Positions 13,633-26,140 of a stretch of 64,000 nt of DNA are shown in pieces. Numbering within the stretch: position 1 is the stretch's first letter; each line of letters begins with the position of its first letter. The notes below the pieces were generated by a model that saw only the letters and a program-made list of their open reading frames with translations, was not told where the DNA came from and did not search any database. This stretch comes from Octopus sinensis (taxonomy: Eukaryota): the NCBI RefSeq assembly GCF_006345805.1, contig NC_043008.1, positions 60,016,001 through 60,080,000 on the forward strand, given 5' to 3'. Position numbers and translations under genes: made by a program.

Positions 13633-13884
13633 AATAAACGCGCCCTTTTAAAGCCTAGCGAGGCTCATGGGCCCGGATTCCCGGTTTCTATGGCGTATGT
13701 GTTCCCTAGCTGAACGGGACGCCAGTCCATCGCAGCGTTACTCATTTTTGCCAGCTGAGTAGACTGGAGCAACGTGAAATGAAGTGTTTTGCTCAAGAAC
13801 ACAACGCGCCGCCTGATCCAGGAATCGAAACCACAATCTTACGATCATGATGCTGACACCCTAACCACTAAGCTACGCGCCTTC
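13633..13884 (-). mobile_element. CORE-type tRNA SINE (family B, possibly OR2-like)
   Basis: tRNA head plus tgtgttcttgagcaaaacacttcatttcacgttgctccagt..actcagctggcaaaaatgag, resembling the MIR CORE domain. Confidence 0.85.
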
Positions 13885-14674
13885 TTTATTTAAGACACTA
13901 CGATGTGATTCGAGAGAAATTTCACTGCTGTCAGAAATAACAGATAAAGCGACGGCGTAGAAACTCTTACATGAGTTGGTGTTAAACAGGGCGCAATATT
14001 AGATCAGCCACTTAATGACAGGACTGACTACAACTTAAAATTTAACAAAGCATAAATACTATAACGCCATCTATATTTCCTTCCTCGAATTAAACCGCTT
14101 GTTGTTCCTAAACAAAGTTCTTCTTGCTTCCTTATATTAAAAGAGAACTAGAATTAAATCGAAGTAGAACTATTATACTCATAGTCGGTATATAGAATTT
14201 ACAAAGAAAGAAAACTGTTGTACACATAGACATTCAAGAGTTTGTTTTGTGTTCATAAATGGAATTTCATCAGTTAATCAAAAAATAAAATCTAAATTGT
14301 CATTTTCTATTTTATTTAAATCTGGGTTGATATGAATAACTAACTGTTAGATATTTGATGTTATTCACATGAGGGAATTAAAAAAAAAAAATTGAATGTA
14401 AATAGATAAAGATAGAATTTAATTAATAACATTGTATGACTATAAAATTAGAATGGTTGTCTTTCATTTGTTGTTGTTGTTGTTGTCATGTTTTGTTAAT
14501 TTAATTTTTAAATTTCAATTTTCTTTTTTGGTTTTTGAAACAAATAACGAAGCCATATGATGGCATCTCAGACATCAAATGGTTGGAACCAAACAGTCCC
14601 ATGCTTTTATCTTAATGGCTAGAATACTCTCCATTTCTCCCCGGCATTTAAAAAATTCTTTCTTTCTTTCTTTT

Positions 14675-14707
<33 letters not shown>

Positions 14708-14789
14708 GTTGAAGAAATAAAAGAAATAAAACTCAAAAATACAATCAAATGAAAGATTAACGCTTAACTTCATTTTCTGCATTGGTTAA

Positions 14790-15795
14790 TAATATTGATT
14801 TCGAATTTTGGCACAAAGCCAGCAATTTCGGAGGAGCTAAGTCGATTACATCGACCCCGAGTGTTCGACTGGTACTTATTTTATCGAGCCGGAATGGCTG
14901 AAAGGCAAAATCGATCTCGGCGGCGGAATTTGAACTCAGATCGTAAAGCCGGACAAAATGCCGCTAAGCATTTCATCCGGCGTGCTATCGATGCTGCAAG
15001 ACCGTCACCTTAAATTGACAATCAATATGAGTTTGAAATTTTGGTGCAAGGCCAGCAATTTCGGGGGGAGGGGTAAGAGGATTACATCGACCCCAATGTT
15101 CAAATAGTACTTATTGTATCGATCCCGAAAGGATGAAAGGCAAAGTTAACCTCAGTGCATTTGAACTCAGAACGTAAAGCCGGAAGAAATGTCGCGAAAC
15201 AATTTGTCCGGCGTTCTAATAATCCTACCAGCTCCCTGCCTTCGAAGGTACTGATAATGGAAGGAGGAAATGAATAATGATGATGGCGAGCTAGCAGAAT
15301 CGTTAGCAATGCTTATCGGTATTTCGCTCTAGGTTCATATTCTGTCGGGGTTGACTTTGCCTTTCATAATTGCGGAGTCGATAAATTAAGTACCAGTCAA
15401 ATACTGGGGTCGATGTGGTCGACTATTTACCCTCTCATCAAATTCCAGGCCTTCTGACTGTAGTAGAAAGGATTATTAAAAGCGATGAGCTGGCAGAATC
15501 GTTAGCACGCCGGGTAAAATGACGAGTGGTATTTCGTCAGTCTTTATGTTCTGAGTTCAAATTCCGCTAGGTCGACTTTGCCTTTCCTCATTTCGGAGTC
15601 AATAGATTAAGTGCCAGTGAAACGCTGGGGTCCATGTAATCGACTCATCCTATTCCGCAAAACGGCTGCCAGGTCAACTTTGCCTTTTCTTATTTCGGAG
15701 TCAATAAATTAAGTACCAGTGAAACGCTGGGGTCGATGTAATCGACTCATCCATACCCCAAAATGGCTGCCCTTGTGGAAAAATTTGAAACCATT
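14790..15795. mobile_element. Cluster of four SINE family A copies (two minus, two plus) with (ATT)n-type tail
   Basis: About 14790-15012 (-), 15030-15243 (-), 15285-15480 (+), 15480-15795 (+, with a ~105-bp internal tandem duplication). Confidence 0.85.
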
Positions 15796-15810
15796 ATTAT
15801 TATTATTATT

Positions 15811-16346
15811 GAGTGAGAGAGCAGTTCATGCCATCAAAGTGACACTGGGGTAAAATATACGAAGCTCAATATACCCATCATGACTACCCGTCTGATAAAG
15901 GTACACCAGGCACATGCATCACAACCATATGTGCGCGACATGGTGATCTCATATCAAGATAAAAAGCACATGACCTTGCAGGTGGGGCCCAGTTAGAATT
16001 TTCTTCAGGTTGAGTAGCCCATCCCGCTCAAACGGTCCCTGAATAAGGGTTGTTTAAGGATGTTGAATGAACCACCCATGTTTCCAAAGGTGAACTATTC
16101 AAACCCCAAAGAATCCCTCTCAACACATGGCTATGATGCTCCCCCACTACTTCTGCTCGTGATCAGCCACTAAGGGACATGCTCAACTGGTTAAGGTCAA
16201 ACAACTGACGGGCAAATCTGTGGTATTGAGCAGAATATTTGCTGTCGCCCATCTTTTATACCAAGACAAAACAATGTACATGATAACACTTCCAATCAGT
16301 TAAGATCAGAAGCCATGAGAGCCACTGCCTGGTACTGCATCAGGGC

Positions 16347-16349
<3 letters not shown>
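15811..16349 (-). mobile_element. Non-coding ~540-bp element embedded in (TAA)n (family D)
   Basis: (ATT)n on both sides; no tRNA head and no ORF; partial second copy at 63102-63230; orientation inferred from the (AAT)n tail. Confidence 0.7.
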
Positions 16350-16405
<56 letters not shown>

Positions 16406-16406
<1 letters not shown>

Positions 16407-16625
16407 CAAATTGGGGAGAATCGATACCGTGCCGGACAAATTATTTTATGACATTTCTTCTGGCTCTTTGCGTTCTGAGTTCAAATGTCACACAGGTCGA
16501 CTCTGGATTTCCTCTTTTCGGGGTTGATAAAGCAAGTACCAGTTAAGTAGTGGATACGAATGTAATCGAATTCCTGCTCCCCTCAAAAACTACTGGCTTG
16601 ATGCCAAAATTTGAAACCATTATTA
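16406..16625 (+). mobile_element. Diverged SINE family A
   Basis: cgttctgagttcaaat...gataaagcaagtaccag...aaaatttgaaaccattatt. Confidence 0.8.
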
Positions 16626-17195
16626 TAATTCGTAGTAACAGTAGTGGTAGTGGTATTGTAGTAGTAGTAGTAGTAGTAGCAGTGGTGGTGGTAGGGCTGC
16701 TTCTGCTTGTCTATACAAAACCATTGCCATAACAGCCAAATTCACCCCGTGTCGTCTTTCTATTTAATGGTATATTTATCTAGATTTTAAAGCAAAAAAC
16801 TAACAACAAAATTATATTCTCCCCTGCTGTGAGAATTACTAAGTTAATAGTTATGGCAGCATTTCTGCGAAACATTATGTGTTTTCTACGCTAAGATTTC
16901 TTTGTGATGGTTAAGATGTGTTTAAGGCAACACGTAGACATGCGCTCCTGCATCTTTCATAATCTAGACAGGACAGAAATGCGTAGATTTAGTGACTAGC
17001 TTCTGCCACCAAGCTGTAGCCATACTCGAGACTCCAGCTTCAGGTGTATACATATTGTCCAGGTGTGTAGAACCTTCGGACTTTTAGCCTTTTAAGTGTA
17101 ACCTGCAGTCGAAAATCTGAATTTTTCATTAAAAAGATATTGTTGATTACTCACACATTCGTTTTGTATTGATTTTAATTTTCTATGTTCTAGAG

Positions 17196-17342
17196 TGGAA
17201 CCGCGTGGTTTAGTGGTTAGGGTGTTGGACTCACGATCGTAAGATTGTGGTTTCGAATCCTGGTGTGAGCGATGCGTTGTGTTCTTGAGCAAATCACTTC
17301 ACTTCACGCTTCTCCAGTCCCCACAGCTGTAGAAATGAGTAC
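17196..17342 (+). mobile_element. CORE-type SINE (family B), 3'-truncated
   Basis: gcgtggtttagtggttagggtgttggactcacgatcgtaagattgtggtttcgaatcc followed by the CORE-like block. Confidence 0.85.
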
Positions 17343-17397
17343 GATTAGTAGAGGCACGTCGCTTAGTGATTAGAGTGAGGGATTCACAAACGTAAGT

Positions 17398-17738
17398 CTA
17401 TGTATGTATGTATGTATGTATGTATGTATGTATGTATGTATGTATGTATGTATGTATGTATGTATGTATGTATGTATGTATGTATGTATGTATGTATGTA
17501 TGTATGTATGTATGTATGTATGTATGTATGTATGTATGTATGTATGTATGTATGTATGTATGTATGTATGTATGTATGTATGTATGTATGTATGTATTAT
17601 GTATGTATGTAGGTATGTATGTATGTATGTATGTATGTATGTATGTATGTATGTATGTATGTATGTATGTATGTATGTATGTATGTATGTATGTATGTAT
17701 GTATGTATGTATGTATGTATGTGCGCATGCATGCATGC

Positions 17739-17775
<37 letters not shown>

Positions 17776-17796
17776 CCTACCTACCTACCTACCTAC

Positions 17797-17858
<62 letters not shown>
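17398..17858. repeat. Long near-perfect (TATG)n then (TATC)n/(TACC)n array
   Basis: About 320 bp of TATG and about 120 bp of TATC/TACC; flanked by ~20-bp inverted repeats. Confidence 0.95.
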
Positions 17859-19049
17859 CTTAGGGTTTCGTGAATCCCATTATTTGTAATACATTGGTAT
17901 TCATTCATTCATTCTATCACTCGTTGGAAGACAAAGGACTAAGACGATCTGACTTAAAAAATAAAATTTTTGACTAACTATATTTGAAAGAAATCTTCCA
18001 ATCTCAGGAACAATAATCCGGTGCTTTTCTTCTGAGGACATGATAGTGAAATCTTGAGACAAAGCAACATAAATAAATAATGAAGTCACAAATTTGTGAT
18101 AGTTTTTGGTGAAGGACAAGCTCATTTTAATTAGTGATGATTATATGATCAATTCCGTGTCTAAATGAACCAACGGAGAGCTATGACACACATCGTTGCT
18201 CAACAAGCGAGATCAAAGTAATCAAGTCTACTTCACATCGCTTGCCTTTATATACATATATATATATATGTGTATGTATTCTAGTTAGATCATGCATAAA
18301 AGATATGCTCAGTTAGTGCTAACATGGGCAATAGTGCTACACCATCAACGACAAAAACAATAAGAACAGCAACAAAAACTGAAATCGATAAGTATCAAAA
18401 GCAAAGTTAACGCCGGTGGTATTTTAATTAATGTCGTTAAAGGATCAAACTTTGAATGATCAAACCCTTGAAGGTCATTTTGTCCAGAACTCTAATCACT
18501 TCTATCATCCAATACCTATAAAATAGGAGAGACAGACATATTGATTTATCACTTAAATAAGGCTTTGGCTATATATTTTATAGGTTTGAGAGGGACATCA
18601 ATTAGATCGACTTTCAGTACTTGATTGATTTATTTTCCAATTCATTGATTTCGAAATGACGAAAGGAAACGTTGATTTGGAAAGAAGTGGCAAAAATATC
18701 TGAACAGCAAAGGTGCAAAACATTTTCTCTGATGTTTTACAGTGTCTGCCAAGAAAGATATATTGAGATGTAATGGTATTCAATACAAGAAATATTTCTT
18801 TCAGAAAGCCGTTAGCATATTCCCGTTGAAATCCGCCAGAAATTTGTTAAGAATGATTATGCGTATCATCGTGATGTGTTATCAGAAAAAGATACCTAGA
18901 CGTTTAAGAACTTTCTCTAGAGAATCTGATTCCGATGACCCCCACTCAGAATATCTGCAAGTCTGATACGGGGAAAACGTGAACCAGGAGGGCACTGGGA
19001 ACAAAATTAACGCCATCAGAGCGAATCCTACCACTTTGCATACGAAAAG

Positions 19050-19375
19050 CACACCTTTCGTATATTTTCTATTTCACAGACATTTTGTAGCTGCAGTTTG
19101 TTTCATGTGCGTTGGCGACAATGATCTTGATCACTGGAGCTCCCTTCTATTCGACCAAATATCGAATGAAGCGCAAATTAAATCCTGTTAAACACCGTCC
19201 CACCTTGTGTAAATATTTATGTATCATTTATCCCGCTAAAGTCGCACACGATCAAGGTGACGATATCTGGTCAAATAGAAGGGAGCTTCAGCGTTCAAGA
19301 TCATTGTCGCGAACGCATATGAAACAAACCGCAACTACAAAATGTCGTTGTCATTGCAAATATACGAAAGCGTGT
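19050..19375. repeat. Inverted repeat, arms about 115 bp, spacer about 96 bp (foldback/MITE-like)
   Basis: 19050-19164 is the reverse complement of 19261-19375 with scattered substitutions. Confidence 0.9.
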
Positions 19376-20190
19376 CAGGGGTACGACCCACGGCTAAAAG
19401 CACTAAAGTGTTTTGATAGGTAATAGTGCAAAGTATATTTTCTAATCCTAAAGATACACCAAAAAAGCAGTCTCCTAATTTGGGGTGTGCGAGAGGGTAT
19501 TTGCTGTAGCTGAATGTATATTACATTTAAGAAAGTGGGCGGCCAATATGGATTATACATAGAGCGGACAAAACTTATGGTACGCCAAAACCCAAGGCAG
19601 CACCACTGAAGCGCAGTGCCAAGTGGTGGTGTTTATTAAGACAAACACCCAGAATTAAAAGGTATATGAATTCCAAGCACGTGTTAAACGGTGGGGCTCC
19701 CTGTTAAACCTACCGCTAAACAGTAAAGCCACAAATGGACAAAGTGGTAGTAGTGAAGGAGAAAAAATCTGAGCAGCGTGTTAAGCTAATTCATAACAAT
19801 GGTAATTGAAATGACAGAGTAACTTACATCTTCATCAAAAAGCTTCTTCGTAGTATAGCACTATCTGATAATACTGTATATAATAAAACAGCGAAGCGTA
19901 GGTGAGGTTGTTAAAATGTCATACGTTGTGAATATTAGCTTATTATTTTTGTGTAATCAAGCTGCAAAATAGCTGCCAAAGTTTTATACTGTTTACATAG
20001 GATAACAAAAATAAGGAAACATCTGACGGATTGACAATCCCCAAAAGATCCATAAAATTACTACTAAAATATATAAATACATATCATTATCACACATTTT
20101 ATATTTCCTACTTTAAAGGAGGCTTAAACGGCTACGTGTAAAAGGTCTTCATCAAAACGGATACAGTAGTATTAAAAACAGGCTATATAG

Positions 20191-20239
<49 letters not shown>

Positions 20240-20352
20240 CACACACACATATGTGTCTCTGTGAATACACGCACATACACCCACACACGCAAACATGTAT
20301 ATATACATCCATCCATACATCCATAGGTGTACACACATACATTTGTATATCA

Positions 20353-20393
<41 letters not shown>

Positions 20394-20483
20394 CTCCCAC
20401 ACAAATATCTATGTGTATATATATAGGTATATATATGTGCATGCACCTATATAATTGTATATACACGCATGTACATATGCTTT

Positions 20484-20903
20484 TCTATTCTAGGTACAAG
20501 GCCAGAAATTTTTGGGGAAGTCAATTAGATCGACCCCAAGAACACAAATGGTACTTAATTTATCGACCCCAAAAAGATGAAAGGCAAAGTCAACCTCGGC
20601 GGAATTTGAAGTCAGAACATAAAGACAGTCGAAATACCACTAAGCATTTCGCCCGGTGTGCTAACGTTTCTTATTTCTTTATTGCCCACAAGGGGCTAAA
20701 CATAGAGGGGACAAACAAGGATTGACAAAGTGATTAAGTCGATTACATCGACCCCAATGTGTAACTGGTACTTAATTTATCGACCCCGAAGTGATGAAAA
20801 GCAAAGTCTGCCTCGGCGAAATTTGAACTCAGAACGTAACGGCAGACGAAATACGGCTACGCATTTCCCCCGGCGTGCTAACGGTTCTGCCAGCTCACCA
20901 CCC
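20484..20903 (-). mobile_element. Head-to-tail SINE family A pair
   Basis: 20672-20903 (Tx1-like tail) abuts 20484-20671, which starts at internal agaaacgttagcac. Confidence 0.85.
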
Positions 20904-21467
20904 TGTTTACGTATGTATATTACACTCATACATATATATTTGCTTACACACATATATTGCTTACACACTATTTCTGTTTACTTTTTTGAAAGTTACCAAC
21001 TACGTTAGATGTGTGTGTGGTACGTAACATTACCAAATTTCCTGAGGAAATGTGATACGCTAGATCTAGTAACCGTTATTTAAATATATCGTTCTACCTG
21101 CCAAGAGAAGATCTTAAAGGAAATATTGTGACTTTATGGATATGAAAACTATTCGTGTTAATCTCTACAAGAAGCCCGTCAACATACGGCAGATTAAGTC
21201 ATTAAATCAGAAGCGGTTTTGGGTTATATTTCTATAGATTTATATCGTGCTTTCATAATTTTTATCTGATTTAAGTGCCACACGCAGTAGGTAGTCCAAA
21301 TGCATGCTATTAATTACACACACACACACACACATATATATATACATACATACATACATACATACATACATACATACACACATACATACATACATATATA
21401 TACACACACAATTATATATATATATACATATATATATGTACATATACATAAATATATATACACACAC

Positions 21468-21509
<42 letters not shown>

Positions 21510-21531
21510 ATAAATATATATATACACACAC

Positions 21532-21589
<58 letters not shown>

Positions 21590-21612
21590 TACATAAATAT
21601 ATATACACACAC

Positions 21613-21675
<63 letters not shown>

Positions 21676-22840
21676 ATATGTATATACAAGGTAGACTAAG
21701 ATGAGAAAGAGAGAGATTACATATACATACATACATACATACATACAGACAACAACAGCAAAAAATATATATAAATGCAGTGTTGAAAAGTGAGGTGAGC
21801 AGAAATGCACTAGTGAACTCCTCAAGAAATACTCTCTTCCTGATGATCTCCTATACAGCCCCGAACCAGCTGGGTTTTCTTACCTCAGAGAAGCACTCAG
21901 TATACAAAAAAATAAAAAGAAAAGAAAAAGAGACTATGCATGGGTAAGTTGCACGGAAGCTTGAAGAAGACAGTAAAATATTTCACGGAATTAATGGTAA
22001 ACCTATGGGGTTATTTCTGAAAACTTTATCCAAAAAAACCTGAAAGCGTAGCCTGTGTTGTGTCTGTATCAAACGATAGTCGTTCATCTGCTATTCATGG
22101 AAAAGAAATTGGAATATGACGATTACTTACTGCACTTTATATATACAATTTATATACTATATGCACAATTTTATAGATTTAATACACGGAACTCATTAAA
22201 TAAATTTTCACTCTTATTTTTCCATTTTTCCTAATAAAAAAATCCCGTACATATGATACAACCTTTTGTTAAATTGCATATATCTGCCACATAAATAAGC
22301 GTGAATATTTCAAGGAATTGCACTTATGCGCATGCGTTAAGTGATAGGGGATATAAAAAAACTTTGTTCAATAAATAAAATACACTTTTCACTATCCAAT
22401 CACCACCACCACCACACCTTTCTCTCCCTCCTCTTCCTCTGTCTGCCTTTATTTAACCTCACCATCGGAATATCATCACTCTGCTAAAATTATTACGTTC
22501 CCGCTATCACCCACCATGGATGCTTCTCTCTCTTATTCGTTCCCCGTATTTTGTCCCTCTATCTTGTTCTCCTTCTTTCCGTCTCACTCTTCGCCTTATC
22601 CTCTCTTCCCACTTCTTTTTCTTTCTCCTCTCTTTCCCTTCCATTAACCACATAGAAGCGTTACAATTACATTCCCTCTACCTCATGTCATGGACACTTC
22701 TCTCCCATCTTTTTCTCCCTCCTCCTTTTTCCCTCTGCTTTTCTTCCTCCCTCTTTTTTTCTAAACACTTGACAGCGTTACCGACGGGCTAAGCAATGCA
22801 ATGATTAGCAGAACTTTTATAAGATATTAGACGCGTACTA

Positions 22841-23097
22841 ATAAATAAATAAATGTGCCCTTTTAAAGCCTAGCCAGGCTCATGGGCCCAGTTTCCCGGT
22901 TTCTATGGCGTATGTGTTCCCTAGCTGGACGGGACGCCAGTCCATAGCAGCGTTACTCATTTTTGCCAGCTGAGTGGACTGGAGCAACGTGAAATGAAGT
23001 GTTTTGCTCAAGAACACACGTCGCCTGGTCCAGGAATCGAAACCACAATCTTACGATGATGATGCTGACACCCTAACCACTAAGCCACGCACCTCCA
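22841..23097 (-). mobile_element. CORE-type SINE (family B), near full length
   Basis: Highly similar to 13633-13884; possible 7-bp TSD actaata (22837-22843, 23100-23106). Confidence 0.85.
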
Positions 23098-23806
23098 CCA
23101 CTAATACCCATATTAAACTAGTATTAGACTATTTCCTGTAACCAATACACGGTAAACGCTTATAGAGTTTAAGCTTATAATTACTATTATTATTATTATT
23201 ATTTCCAGAACATATTTATATATATAATACACACAGACCCGTGCACTTGTGCGTACATTCACACACACGTAAGTACTCACACGTCTACAGACACATAAGT
23301 ATATTTATATACACATAGTACCATGCATTCATACAATTCAAACAAATAACTCTACTAAATATTTTGTCATCTTGCCACGGACAAAATAGAGAAAAAAAGA
23401 TATAAAGGAAAGATATGCAATTTGAAATACTAAATCCATTTATGATTTGGGCTTAGTTTCGTCCAGAGTAGAATCCCTCTCCAGATACTTCATAATATTT
23501 TCTCAACAACTTTCACAGAATTCAATATCTGAGTCTTGAGTACATCCATTAAATGAAAAAATGAAAAGTGATGTCAGATATAGAAACCACTTATCAGCAT
23601 TGCAGTGGAAAAATTAAGTAGGTATTTCTGTTGAGGAAAAGGAATCTATATATTGCTACACTAATCTCTAATATCTGTAAATGTGTTATGAGCACTTTAG
23701 TGCTGTACGCGAAAAAAATACCCGGCTCCTACCAAGGATGGCTGCAGGATACACACCCACACAAATACAAACAAACAAACAAGCAAACAAACACGCACAC
23801 ACACAC

Positions 23807-23851
<45 letters not shown>

Positions 23852-23890
23852 TACGCATACAAACACACACAAACGCACACATATATGCGG

Positions 23891-24106
23891 TTTTTATTGA
23901 AACGGATAAAATGAAACTGGAAGTAGGTTTTGCATTTCGATTTTCCCGCTACAGCAATCTTCAGACGTACATACACACACACACGCACTCACACGCATAC
24001 ACACGCACACATACACACACATACAATTTTTATTGAAACGGATAAAATGAAACCGAAAGTGGGTTTCGCGATTCGAGTTTCACGTTACTGCGATCTTCAG
24101 ACGAAC
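23891..24106 (+). repeat. Diverged direct repeat of an ~80-bp unique unit separated by (CA)n
   Basis: ttttattgaaacggataaaatgaaac...atcttcagacg at 23891 and 24027. Confidence 0.85.
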
Positions 24107-24559
24107 CCACACACATATAAATATAGACGTGTGTGCACGCTTGTGTGTAAATTCTGCAGGTATACTTCCTTCAGTAGATTACTTGTATCAATATCCTTTC
24201 TATACTAGGAAGCTTTGCTTTCTTTGCCTCCCATGTGTGCATTATTTAGTAGCAATTAAATTCTTTGAGGGTGATTTTTTCACTCATGAATAATAATTTT
24301 TTTTGTTCGGTTGGTGTCAAGCTTTCATCCCGTTGAGACTATTATACACTAAGCTGTGGATATTTTTCAGTACATTTCCTTAAAGTTAATTCATGAAACA
24401 GGTCGCGTTGTGGCTTGGAGGTACACCCCTATGTCCCGATATGATAATGTAATTGACATATATTTGTTTTCTCTTTGTTTTCCTAGTCTTTTCCTAGTAT
24501 AAAATCTAGAAAAGTATTTTAACTTGAAATTATCTAATCTAATGTATTTCATGAACAAG

Positions 24560-24970
24560 GCGGCTAGTTGGCAGAAACGTTAGCACGCCGGGCGAATGCT
24601 TGGCGGTATTTTGTCTTAAAATTCCGCCGAGGTCGACTTTGCCTTTCATCCTTTCGGGGTCGATAAATTAAGTACCAGTTGCGTACTGGGGTCGATCTAA
24701 TCGACTCGCCCCCCTCACGAAAAATTTTGGGCCTTGTGCCTCGAGTAGAAAAGAATATTTTGACAGTCTGCAATGCTGCAAGCTGGCAGAAATGCTTAGC
24801 GGCATTTCGTCTGCCTTTACGTTCTGAGTTCAAATTCCGCCGCGCTCCACTTTGCCTTTCATCCTTTTGGGGTCGATAAATTAAGTACTAGTTACATACT
24901 GGGGTCGATCTAAACGACTGGCCCTCTACCCCAAAATTTCGGGTGTTGTGCCTAGAGTAGATAAGAATAT
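24560..24970 (+). mobile_element. Tandem SINE family A pair
   Basis: Two copies of head, central module and ccttgtgcct.gagtaga tail. Confidence 0.85.
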
Positions 24971-25914
24971 ATTTCTTGTACATTTTCATGATATAATACA
25001 TTTCGTGTGGTCGGCAATATAAATTACATACATTCATACATACGTACATACACACGTATATATGTGTGTGTGGGAGTAAGTGTGTGTGTGTGTGTCAGTG
25101 TATGTATGTATAAAGGAACTGCTTCAGGGTAAAGTAGACAGGTAGAGAGCAATTTTTTACATCCTGTACGTTTCAGAAACTGGCTGCAACTGATGTGGAA
25201 CGCAAGACGATGCTTCATACGCAGACAGGAAGTGGTAGCAAAGAGAGACGTGGTAAGAGAGACAAAACGAAATTGAAATCCGAATGAATGCTGCAAAATC
25301 GACGAAGTTGAAAGGAACTGAAGAATGTTATGTAGCTCTAGAGTGTTTGGAGTGAGAGGAAGAGTAGTGGGGTTAAGAGTGGGAGTCTGTAGGCTTCTAG
25401 AGGACGGAGGTGTAGAGGTGTATATTGCTTATAGTGATAGAGGTATTGTATGCGTATGTCTGTATATATATGTGAGTTTTTTTTAATGTATAATACGTAA
25501 TTTTCAGTTTCCTACCTCGTTTAGTTAAAACTGAAGACAAATTGTCTTTCCAAGAAGTGAGTTATCCAATGTCAGACACTAACCTTCTTTTACCTGTATG
25601 ATAAACGCTAAACCTTCGGGTTTTTAAGGGGGCTTTTAGGTGTCACCATCACCAGTACTTTGTTGTGTACTATCATTAGGTAGACGTTCATTCTTCATTG
25701 GGCTCTTTCGTTTAAGGACTGGTATTGCTTCCGCCCTGCTGATTACATAAAACACTCCTCGACAGGCTAGCCTGGTTTTGGTCCGAGTCGAACTACCAAC
25801 AATGGATTATAAAACAGTATGTCTCTAAGCTAACCTAATGACATGGTTCTCTAGTGCCTTTAATCAAACCTGTGTTAAAATCTATAAATCATCACCTGGA
25901 CAAAAATAAAAAAA

Positions 25915-26140
25915 TAAAAGGATGTAATCGACTTAATCCCTTTCCCTAAAATTTGAAGCCTTGTGCTTCCAGCAGAAAGGATTATTATTATTATTCTCAG
26001 TTCATATTCCCCCGAGGTCGACATTAACTTTCATCCTTTCGAGGTCGATACATTAAGTACCAGTGAAACATTGGGGTCGATCTAATCGGTTTATCTCCGT
26101 CCTCGAACTTGTTGGCATTGTGCAAAAATTTGAAACCAAT
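25915..26140 (+). mobile_element. SINE family A fragments
   Basis: gatgtaatcgactt...aggattattatt and ccgaggtcgac...aagtaccagtgaaacattggggtcgat. Confidence 0.75.

Noticed and set aside
18742-18966. 74-aa ORF in phase with the 12913 donor
   Set aside because: Phase match has a 1-in-3 chance and the peptide shows no family signature.
19828-19873. 46-nt minus-strand micro-exon (tacag|...|gtaagt)
   Set aside because: Good splice sites but too short to distinguish from chance.
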